A model generated the notes under the pieces. That model worked only from the letters and a program-made list of their open reading frames with translations, was not told the DNA's origin and searched no databases. Both the position numbers and the translations under genes were made by a program. Shown piece after piece: positions 14,051 to 26,000 of a stretch of DNA of 64,000 nt (within the stretch, counting starts at the first letter, position 1; each line of letters begins with the position of its first letter). The DNA is from Mobula hypostoma. Taxonomy: Eukaryota. Location of the stretch: positions 224,504,001 to 224,568,000 of the forward strand of contig NC_086097.1 in assembly GCF_963921235.1 (NCBI RefSeq), in the 5' to 3' direction.

Positions 14051-17000
14051 GTGAGTTCACCGGGCCGCTTTGAATCATTTCCCCCCGCTCGTCTGCACGT
14101 TCGCCAATCACTATGTCATAGGCGTTGTGTAGCTTGAGCAAAGGGAAAAGCAATAGCAGATTTCCAAAAGCCTTAATAGTTTTACACCCCCTACCGGATA
14201 GAGAACGATTTGAAATTCAGAACCAAAAGCAGTTCTTCAAAAAAAAGAGCGGTTTTTAAAAAATTGCAACGAATGCCAAAAACGGAAACTGAGAGAAAAC
14301 AGAAAAAACCGTCCGGCATCGAAAGAAAAGAGAAAATTACAGCTAAGAAATTCAGTTCCCCTTCAGTGAGCTCTATAATGGAAGAATTAATGGTGATAAA
14401 ATATTGTTTGTGAAAGCCGGTAGATTTATACAAAAAATCAATCTTTTTGAATCCGCACATTTGGCACTATTGCGAGATTTTTTGAAAAGCTATTTCAGTA
14501 TTTTATGGTATCTATATCGCGGGCAACTGTTTGTAACGTCAACTAACCTACTTAATAGTTTTGAGCCTTACTGATCAACCCGTAGAATATAAGAATTACT
14601 AATCAAAGAAATAGGGAAAAAAGTAGAGCATAAAACAAGCAAAATTATTTTAGTTATCATTTTTACAGTAAACAAATCTTTGCCAACCAGCATCTGCAAT
14701 GTTGAGATTAATAATACTTCTTGTGTTTTCTGAAAATTTATGTGCATTTTATCACAATAAATTGAGAGATCTAATGAAAATATTTTCATTTCCATTCAAG
14801 CGGATATGATACAACACGCCATGCTAAAGAAGATCACCTTGTCAGCAATGCTTATATTGTGATAGTTGGTTTATTTGATTCATTATTCTTCTGAACAACA
14901 AATAGAGACTCCAACAGCTTCTGAAGATATTCTTGCCTTACAACTAATCAGATACAGCAAAAGTATTAAGAGACAGCTCTATTTTGATATAGTCTCAACC
15001 AGTTACTCTTGGGTAAATGTGCCTCATGTCCAGCATAGATGGACAGTATATTCATTATTTAGGCAAAACTCTCATAATAAATTATGTCAAAAGTATTCAG
15101 ATCCGCAATGATGTGAATATTCTCTCAATGAGTTACCATTTCAAATGCTTGAAACTCACACTGCTTTTCCCCCAGTTGTGTTTTACCTTATGTTAAGTGA
15201 AACATTTCATCGAAGTTAAAAGACCAACATTATCAGTTAACTTTTACTTCTTTGTTGGAAGCATGATTACTGATGATGTCACTGCAGAGGAGGAGGAGGT
15301 TCATAGACAGTTGGCTTGAATGTGTACTCCTTCTGCTGGAATATTCTGGGTCAGCAATCTATCATGATTTGCCAAAAAAATCCCTTTTTTCCTGCAGAGG
15401 ACACTCCTCATCCTTCAGTGTTTTTTTTCCAAACAGAGTGTTGTGTGTGTGTGTGTGGAACGTACTGTGCCAGGAATTGTGGTACAGATAGATACATTAG
15501 GGACATTTAAGAAACTCTTAGGTAGGCACATAGATGATAAATATAGTGGGCTATCCAGGTGGAAGAGGTATATTTGATCTTAGAGTAGGTTAAAAATCAG
15601 CACAACGCTGTGGTTTGTATTGTATTGTAATGCTCTATGTTCCCCATGTTTTCTATAAGCACAAAGAGGAAAGCTGAATGTAGGAACAGTGCAGTCACTG
15701 TAAAGATTTTAGAGGGGTACGAAAGAGAAACTGGTGAGCTTGAAAATCAAATAACTGTGGATTATGGAAATCTTAAAAACAGAAAATGCTTTAAACACTC
15801 AGCAGGTCAGGCAGCATCTGTGGAAGGAGAAGCAGGATTAACGTTTCAGTTTGCACTGACTCACTCCACAGATGCTGCCTGACTTGCTGAGTGTTTCTAA
15901 CATTTTCTGTTTTTAATTTCAGGCTATCAACCTGATCTCCTTTCCACTTTGCATGTCTTTTTTCTGAGAGGATCTCCCATCTGAAGAGCCTGTGCTGGAA
16001 GCAAGGTAGACTTTGCACGCAGCTACGCAGCTTCCCTCTGAAAGAGTGTAGACCTTTCACTGGAGGACAGCAAGCCCTTCTGGCAGAGATGGAAATTGGA
16101 AGGTTCAGACTGTGGGTGTCAGGCAACATGGAAGATTGCAACTCAACACCTACTTCCCCTGTTGTGCTGTATTTTTACTCTTGGCTTTGTGCCCCTCTCA
16201 TTCACAACATATTGCCCTAGGAAAAGCAGTAACTTCTTCAGACTCCAAATGAAGTTGCCTTGATGGTGTGAAGCTGTAGCATGGTAAGGTGTTCAGGCCA
16301 GGGTGGGGTGGTAGGAAATATGCAACTATTTCTTAACATTATCACTGAAACAAGGCATTAGGAAGCAAAATATGGAACTCTTCAAAGCTGTCAGACTTAT
16401 CACTTCTGTCTGGCTCATACAACGGGGAAAGTGCAATGAGTTGTTGTCATGGTGTGCTCTCAGAGGACAGGACCTGAGTGTGGAGGAATGGCAGGCTTTC
16501 TCTGTCACAGAGGCCGCTGGCACCAACTTAACCCAGGAGCTGCAGACGGCAGACTCACAACCCGACCTAGGAGCAGAGAAACAGCAGGATCCCTAGGAGG
16601 AGACAGAAACAAGAGTTTAAACATAGGAATACCAACAGAGCCTAAGAGGAGCATCCAAGTAACAACACTAGACAATTCGTTTTCTCCGACACAATGACTC
16701 CTCTAAGGTACTTCTTCTCCGTCTTTTTTCACAGTGGTTGGCACCCAGCTTAATGGTGCATTACCGCCACCTTCTGCTCCGGAGTGTGCAATAGACTTAC
16801 ATTCTAAATCCCTTCACCCAATCTCTCTCTCTCTCTCACACACACACAGCCTAACCTACACTTTATCCTCCCATCTTTGGCCATCCTAGTACCCTACTCC
16901 TGCTTATCCATCATATCCTATAAAGGATCCCTTAAGAAAGCTAAAAATACCCTGACCTGTGCTCTCCCACCCATGTACAGCAACCCTTTAAATGTGAATT

Positions 17001-20000
17001 CCTGCACCCCCCATCACCTTAGATTAATTCTCATCATCTCTCTCTGTATCCCATACTTCCTGCAACTCAGAACTACATGTTCTACTGACTCCTCTTCCTG
17101 ACATTCCTCACACAATCCTGTCTGGTGTTTCCCTATCATTTTCAATGTTTTGTTTAATGCACAGTGCCCCAGCCTTAACCTAGTCCACACAGTTTCCTCT
17201 CTTCTGTATCCACTACCTACCCTAGTACCTGCAACACTCTTTTGTATTTGATATAAATGCCTCCCTTTCCCCTCCCTATCCCATCTTACAGGTGTTCAAG
17301 AAACCTAGAAGCTCAGTGCTCTATAGCAAGCTGCAAGGCTCATGACAGTTGTTTTATGTGAGTCAAGCTACCAATGAATATTGCTGGGCAGCAGACTACT
17401 AAATGAGTGGACATAGTTTTCATCAAAATAGGTAGACAGTTCGCTAAAATTTTAAAAATAACTATTGAAATTTATGTACAGCAGATTTCTGGCACATTAA
17501 GTGGTATAAAAGGCTAAATGTAGGCATCCTCAAACTTCTATAAGCATAATGGAAGTCTATGCTTATTGGTAGCATATTTAGGACAATTATATCTAAGTTA
17601 ATGGTGTCTCTCTTTGATTCTGTTTAAGCATTCTCACCTTGCTCTTCCCCCCCCCCCATTAAGTTTTGTGCAAACAACATAGTGGGACACTCTTTTGATC
17701 ACCAAAAACTTCCTCTTGCTCTTGCTTTCCAGGAAGATCAACCCAAGTTGCTTTGATTCACTCCCAGTTAGTTTCTCCAACCACACAATATGGTAGCCTT
17801 ATCATTTTGTACTAAGTTCCCAATTCATTACACCCCCAAGTGAAACGTGCTGCTGTTATTATGAATTTTTAGCTCATGTTCTTTTAGAAAATGATTGAGA
17901 AACAGGATGATAGAGGCATCAGCTCAGTTAATCAGTACTATTGCTCATTTGCCTAAAACATGTTTCTTAGAGAAATTTTGATGAAAGTCAAGATATGGTA
18001 GAAACACTTCTCTGTTTATAATTCACTGGGCTAATATGATTTCTATAGCTATGGGCATTTATGGTACTGATTTTGTTTTCCATGCAGATTCAGAAAGTAA
18101 TGCAGTCTTACAGTCACTAGAATTGCTTATATTTAAGGAGGAAACAAATTCTCCTCATTTTGGTTTTGTTAAGCTTCCTAGAGAATTAGATTTCCTTGGC
18201 CTGCCCACTAGTTTCCGCATTGTCTAGCCCAATAATAACCTGGCCTAACATCTGAACATCAAAATTTCAGCATTGTGCTTGCAATGTAAATTTAGGTTTT
18301 ACTGAGCCATGCCCATATGGGACAAGCAAGATATGCCTAATAATTGAATAAAAGGGGAACCATTGATGTTTGGAATGAACTGCACGGCAAATTCCTGCCC
18401 TGAACTTGCATGTCACAGAGAGGTTTGCTTGATCTTATTTAGATTGGCTGAAGCTTTCTAAGAAATTTGCTTAGCTGGCCCAGATACCTTTAACTGGCTA
18501 CCAACTCTTAGTATTTAATTAATCTCTTCTTATTCTACTGTCGCATGCCCTTGTTGTACAAAAGAATGTAAGCCATTCATTTCCACCTCTGTAATGTCAC
18601 CTGAATCTTCTTAGCGTACAGTTCATAAATTGCTAAAACGTATATCCATAGCTTTGTTCTCATTGAAATTCTTAAAATTCTCACAGGGCTCAACAGGCTT
18701 GATGCAGGGAGGATGTTTCTTCTGGCTGAGCATTCTTGAATCAGGGCCAATGTCTTAAAGCAAGGGGTAGACCATCCAGGATTGGCATGAGTAGAAATTT
18801 TTTAACTGGAAGGGTGGTGAATCTTTAGAATGAAATCCTGTAAGGACCATAAGAATTAGGCCATTTGGCCCATCGAATCTTCTCCCTCTGGTCCTAGACT
18901 CAACCACTATCAATTCAGACAGAGATGATTTCATTTTCAGATATTAAGGGTGTCACGGGATAAGGGGATAGTACAGGTATGCTGCTGAGATAGAAGGCCA
19001 GCTGTAATTCTAGTGAATGGAGGAGGAGGCTTGAAAGGATAAATGGCCTCCTCCTTTCCCAGTTCCTTAGGATTCCAGTGCAATTCTAAATTCTGCAAAT
19101 CTAGAGTCATCTAAAACTTTCCCAGTTCAGAACGTGTTCCATTCACCTATCTCTTCTACATTGGTTCCAAATTAAACAATGCCTTGAATATTAACAAGCA
19201 TTTGGGAGTCTTGCGAAATGGATTTGCCAGTTACTGCAGCACTACAGGCATTGTATGCTATGTAGGAATTCGGTCAGTGGCCACATTTCTGACTTGCAAA
19301 CTGTTCTGGTTAGGAACAGCTCTCAGAGATGAAACCCTGCCCTAACCTGGAGAGGACCTGGAATATTTTTTTGACAAATGCCTCCAGGTTCCTTTCCAAT
19401 CTGTATTTGCAATCTGCTCCAGTTGTAAAATTTTCCAAACTCTCTGTATTCCCCGGTTTTCTTTTGAACATCCTCAGTTTGAATTATTTTCCCTTTGGCT
19501 GCTCTGCCTTCAGCCTGCCAAAGCCCCAAGCTCTTGAGTCCCCTCACTGAACCTCATAGCAGCTTTGCCTCACCATTTACTCCTTTATGATGCTCATTTA
19601 AAAACTAACTTTTTGGTCAGATATATGTACATCTGTCATAAAATCCCTTTACATTTGTTGGATGATAATGCTCCAAAGAAATATTTGAAGTGCTTTATTA
19701 AGGTGGAAATACGTACTATACAAAAGTCATAGGCACTCACACACACATATAAGATAGCTAGGGTGTCTAAGACTTTTGTGCGGTACTGTATATTATGTCT
19801 TTCCAGTTACCAAATGACACTTAATACTACTGAGCTAGTACAAACCTAAGTATTCCTATTTCTGTTTCTGCCCCACCTTCCTATTTCCACCATGTGCATT
19901 AATGTGCAAAAGTCTTTGACACCCTAGCTATATATAGATGCACCTAATAGATTTGCAGAGTACTGTATAACTACAATTAATTGCTCCTAAAGAAATGTTT

Positions 20001-23000
20001 CCCTTATGTATAGTAACTAGGTTGTAATATAAAATTAGAAATGACTGTTTGGTAAATCTGGGACCTTCGCAACTATGTAACTGCTTAAGTCTGTTTTTCC
20101 TCTCTTGAGTAAATATTTGAACTTCTACCAGAAAGAGTTTTATATAATGCTGGTGCAAAAATGGTACAGATACTGTTATGAATAATGTTGGGGATGGATG
20201 TTTAATAACATACCTCTCCTAGTTAAATTGTCATTAACTCCACTAAACGAAGCAGGTTAAAACAATAGACATGGAGAAATCCTATGGTATTAGCAATGCT
20301 AATGGTCTACAGATATCAATTTCTAACATTGCATGTCCACTGAGCATTAGGTAAGTGGATAGAGGTAACTGGGAAATATATGCTTGATTTTGATTGGATT
20401 GGTTGAAATGACGATTCAGCAGCAGCTGGCCTGCAGCTTTAGAAAATGACAGACCACCAACAAACTGATGGTGAAAAGGATGTCGGCTTTTCACCAGCAT
20501 CATTTATAACCGTTTCTAGCCGAGGTTGAAATGTTTACACAGAAGAGGGAAAACAGACTTTAGAGGTGGCATAGTTGAAAAGGTCACATAAAAACAAGAA
20601 GACAAACAGAAAGGGCAGAACATCAAATGCAAAGAGGGCAATTTCACTAGTTTAAATGGCACGTTCATTATTATCAATGGCACGTTCATTATTATCAATA
20701 CAGACGGACCTGTACATCAAGGGTGATGCTAACTACCAACACATCATTAGAAAACTAAATTACCTTTTAACTTAGAATATTCTTTACCGAGATAAAGAAG
20801 CTACACAAATTGAGAAGGTGGGGCCCATGCTCAGAGCTGATAGAAGAAGGCTGAAACCACGCGTTCCAATGAGATCCCCCTCATTCTTCTAAACTCCAGT
20901 GGGTACAGGCCAGAATTATCAAAAGTTCCTCATGCTTTAACCCTTTCACTTCTGGACTCATTACTGTGAACCTCCTCTGGACCCTCTCCAAAGACAGCAT
21001 ATCCTCTCTTAGATAAAGGAAAGGTACGTTGCATCTGGAGTTTCTCCGGTTAGCGGACGATTTCCTTCTACGCCTCTCTGACGTAGTGGGGAACCGCGTA
21101 CGAGGCAAGTTACAGCAGTGGTTTGCCATTGCCTTCTGCCGGGTGAGTTTCCAAAGAGATCGCCAGCTTGTAACCCAGCACGGATGGAAAGCATGCAGGG
21201 GAGCTGGCTGGATTCGAACTCGGGACCTTTCGTCTCGAAGTCCGGCGCTGATGCCACTACGTCACCAGCCAGGCCTTTTTTAGATAAGGGGCCCAAAAAT
21301 GCTCACAATACTCACAATTTAAAACTCTCTGCCAAACTGGATTGTGAATAATCACATGAAACAATCATTTCTTCTCAATAATTTGTATCTAAGAAATCCA
21401 GAACATTCCTTCTAATTCTGCCTTAAAGCCATGGGAGAGTGTATGCTATTGCTTGTTCTGCTTTCTGAGTTGTTTCGCCTGAGTCCCTCTGGACCTCCAA
21501 TTTTGCTGGCACTGTGAGAGGCAAACTGTCACTCGTGGTCATGAAGAATGCCAATAGATTGTCGGTATTATCTAAATGATGCCGGAGAATTTGCAGTTAT
21601 CCTAACACTGACCTTATTATTTGTATGGAAAAAATCTACATTGCAGAAGCTAGCCAAAGCAATTGAAAAAGTAAGAAGTCTAATTCCCCAATGGATGTCA
21701 ATTCAAACAGAAATGCATTCAGAATTATGCTTCTACAGACTAAGCCAATTTTCAACTGAGCAGCACTGTGGCTTTTGGAGACTGCAAAAGAATCTCTTAG
21801 TACCTGTGTTAAAGGGTATTTGGACACAATGCCAAGTTTCAAAGAGGAGCAACAGTTTCAGCCTTACAACTATGTATACCGTGCGTGTCCTAAAGACGGG
21901 GCAAATTTCAAAAACACAAATAGAGAAGGTGGGGTTCATCCACAGAACTGATGGAAGGATGCAGAAACCACGTGTTCCAGAACTCGCTGGATTATCGGAA
22001 TTGCTGAATAGTTGGTACTTGAGCCAACCATAGGTGGTTCTGGGCCACATTTTGATAGTGTAAAGCAAAGGTCTAATTACGCAAATAGTAAGGGGCAAGT
22101 AAACACCAAGTATAGGAATGGTAGCAATTCTACATTCTACAACAGGGGGTGCTGCCAGTGTTTCCCACAATTGTGACCAAGAGGCCTGAATAGTGTTGTG
22201 ATCTTCCTGTCAGTAAGATGAAAGACATCAAGGAAGCAAGTGAGCTTTCCATCTGTGGGAGTGGAACAACTGGAGAAAGTTCTAAGAGAAAGGATTTATG
22301 TAGAATTGGAAAAGCAGCGTATGAGCTAAAGTCCTGTGTGTGGGAGATCCTGTCTCATTAACTTGATTGGTGTCTTTTGAGGAAGCAACTGAAAACATTC
22401 TTGAAGGCAGGGCAGTGGAATTCTGACAATTTTAGTAAGGCATTTGATAGAGTTGCACGTATTAGGTTGGTCCAGAAGGTTAAGCCATATGGAATCTGAG
22501 GCAACCTTGATTAGTTGGATCCTAAATTGGCCTAATGATGGAAGGCAGGATGTAGTGGTGAGACATTGTGTTTCTGATGGGAAATCAGTAAAAAGTAATG
22601 CATGACACAATTCAATCCTGTAAACTTTGTTGTTTGTGATATATTAGCAACTTGGGTGTGAATGTAGGAAGTATGGTTAGTAAGTCTATTGATGGCACAA
22701 AAATTGGTGGTGTTCACATTTATCCACATTATTCTTCATTTACTCACATAGACCATAAATGACAGTAATTTTTTATAAACACAGATACCTTTGGGTTCAA
22801 GTGAATATTCTTTAAAGTAGCAATACAGATACTTAGAGCGGTGAGGAAGGAATATAATATGCTTTTCTTCATAGGTCAGGCATAGAAAATAAAAACTGGG
22901 ATGTTATGTTGTAACACTGCTGAACACTGGTTCATCCACACTTGGAGTGTTGTGTGCAGTTCTGAGTGTCACACTCTGGGAGGGATATAGTTGCCCCGAA

Positions 23001-26000
23001 GTGAGTGGAGAGGAGATTCACTAGAATACTATCTGGATTGAGGAATTTAGTTATGAGAGAGATTGGATAGGCTGGGGTGAAATTTCCTGGGACAAAGGAG
23101 GCTGTGGAGTGCCCAGATTGATGTATGTAAAATTATGAGAGGGCAAGGTTGTGAGAATCTCTGTTCCATAGTTGGGGTTATCAAAAAGAAGAGCACACTG
23201 GATAAAGTGACCGGATCAAATTTTAAATGCGATCTGAGGGGAAGGTTTTTAATACAGAGTGGTTGATACCTGGAACACTCTGCCAGGGGAGTGTGAAGGT
23301 TGCTGGAGGAATCAGTTGCAGTCTCTATGTTTAAGAGTCATTTAGACAGAGGCAAAGCATAGAAGGAGACAAATCTATATAGACAAGTCAGATGGGCAAA
23401 ATGGTAGGCTTTGATGTGATGGGCTGAAGGGCCTTTTTCTGTGCTGTGCACCGCTACGATTCCATGACTAAATGGAAAAGAGACAAGTACAGTATCTAAC
23501 TCTGATGGCATTAGATTAATTGTGAAAAGGAGGAGGCATACAGAATGACATTCCTTCCCTTTAATAGAATTACTGAGAGGAAGATCAGAGCAATGACACT
23601 AATATGATGTTTGAAGCCAGGAGAAGCTTTTGGAATAGAAGTAGATGAGGGTGAAAATAGATAGTGACAATATCATGAGAGGTGAGAGAAAAAGCTACAA
23701 GAGTGTTGAAGAGGAATTCTGAAACAACGTGAGAAAATCAGTAAAGCTAATCGAAGTATAGTTAAGGTAAATGTGAAAAAGCCCAAGTTGATAATAACAA
23801 GTTATGGAATTGAATGGGATTACAACTTGTGAGGCGGCAAAGAATCTTCAAGGCAGCCCAGAGAGTTGAATGAGTGGACCAGTACATGGCGGATGCAGAA
23901 TAATGTGGATAAATTGAAGTTGTCTACTTTGGTTGGAAAAACATAAAATTGATAGATTTGGAAATGTTGATGTATAAAGAGATTCAAGTGCCCTGGTATG
24001 CAAGCTACTGAAAGCAAACGTGCAAGCACAGCAAAAGGTTTTGAGTGCAGCAACGAGGATGTCATGTTTCTTCAAGGATCATTATCTTGTTGTTTGAAGA
24101 GGCTTGTTGGTTCCTGAGATCCTGAGAGGCAATGCCGCCTGAAGATCAGCTCCTGGTAGGGTCACCCTTGGAAGTAAGGTCAAGGAGGAGGTTCCAGTCA
24201 AAGAACGATCCAGCAAAGACCTCAGCGGTGGAGCTGGCGGAAGATGATGACATATTGCAAGAGCAGTGAAGGCGGAGGCAGACTGCAGCAGTGTAGGTTC
24301 CCCAGTCATCTTGCATGCCATGCCACTGGACCCTGACCCCCGTCTGTCAAAGGTCACGTGGTGGCTCCCCATGTTAAGCAAAGTCACGCTCAGGCATTAA
24401 GTGAATAACCCCTTGAGAGAACATCATACCTGACCTGAGTGATCGCTCTACTACTACTTTATACTTCAATTGTGCAGGGCCTTGGTAAGACAACATCTGG
24501 GATATTGTCATTAGTTTAGGTTTCCTAAAGGGGACACGATAAAAGTTCACCCAGGTGTCTTGGGGGCATTATTGGTATGATGGGGCTCTCAAGTAAGAAG
24601 AGATTGAGTTGGCCAGGTCTGCATTTACTAAAGTTTTAGAGAACAAGAGGAGATCATATTGACATACATGAAGCTCTGATGTGGTTTGACTGCCTGGTGT
24701 TTCCCCCACTTGTGAAGGTCTAGAACCAAGGGTCAAAATCTTCGGATATGGATATTATGAGTGAAGCATGGAGAAATTTCTTCACTTAGAGGATGGGAAA
24801 CCTATTGAATTCTTGACCACGCAAGAGGCTGACATGCTGAATATATTCCAGAAAGAGGTTGTTTTCTAGACAGAAAATGCATCAAAGGGGATGGGAAGAA
24901 TTCTGCAATATGGCACTGAGATGAAGGAGTCAGAATCAAATTCCTACATAACACAGGACCACAAGTTCATCTTGCCAGTTTCCAAAATGCTTATTAATAT
25001 TCAAGGACTGTTTAACCGGGAACAAATGCAGACTAGTAAACACAGGGTGATGGGTGAATGGCAAATGTCATGAATTGAGATAATTGTGGATGATTTAGGA
25101 TTTGCAGAATTTTGTATTGTACTGAAATAGTCAAGTTGAGAGATAGCATAAGAAATAGGAGAAGGAGAAGACCACTTAGCCCTTCAAGTCTGCTCTAGCA
25201 TTCATTAAATGGATAGTAATGCAGGCTTGATGGGCTGAAAGACCTACTACTGCTATTTTTCTATGACCTCTATATCTCAACATAGTCTTGCATTTCAATC
25301 ACTTTCATCTGCTGAGCCAAATACAGCCTGATTTGACCTGCGTATGTTCCACTACCAAGGGCTCTTGTCTGCAAAGCAGCCGGGTATCATTTCCCAAGTC
25401 CAATTCCATCAAGAAAACTAAAGTCTGTGTAAAACATATTACAGATAGATCCATTTTCTATCACATGGATGATAGAAAAGTGGAGAGCTATATCGGAGGG
25501 AAGGGTTAGGTTGACCTTAGAACTGGTTAAAAGGTTGGCAAACATAGTCATAGTCATACTTTATTGATCCTGGGGGAAATTGGTTAAACATTATGGGCCG
25601 CTGGGGCTGTACTGTGCTCTAATGTTCTATGTCTTAAGTAATGTTCTGTTTCCATCAAGTCCACCAAGTTCTACCAGTTTACGTGGTCAACTCACCTACC
25701 ATACCACTGGATTGTTTATCATTTCAACATTTCATTCTTTTGTTACCTCCACTTCAGACTGGGCTTTGAAAATATCATAGATAGATATACTTCATTAATC
25801 CCGAGGGAAATTTGGTTTCGTTAAAGCTGCACCAACCAAGAATAGAGCATAAATATAGCAATACAAAAACCACCAACAATCAAACAGCAAGATGCAAACT
25901 ATGCCAGATGGAAAATAAGTCCAGGACCAGTCTATTGGCTCAGGGTGTCTGACCCTCCATGGGAGGAGCTGCATGTTCGATGGCCACAGGCAGGAACGAC

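Larger units (their letters stand above)
12100..14530. promoter_or_regulatory. CpG-enriched, TE-free region spanning the PI15 promoter and first coding exon
   Basis: CG dinucleotides are visibly much more frequent than in the flanks; no recognisable repeats. Boundaries approximate and not computed. Confidence 0.55.

Noticed and set aside
14051..14137. C-terminal part of ORF 13751-14137 as coding
   Set aside because: PI15 similarity ends at MEYM, where a consensus GTGAGT donor begins; the rest is intron read-through.
20655..20696. 21-bp tandem duplication as a CRISPR-like or regulatory repeat
   Set aside because: Only two adjacent copies with no spacer; ordinary slippage. No CRISPR array or prokaryotic system is seen anywhere in the window.
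21180..21275. tRNA gene
   Set aside because: A and B boxes belong to a SINE head followed by a SINE body and a target-site duplication; no convincing cloverleaf.
21548..22170. Overlapping 161-aa and 145-aa ORFs
   Set aside because: No recognisable motifs or splice context; consistent with chance intronic ORFs.
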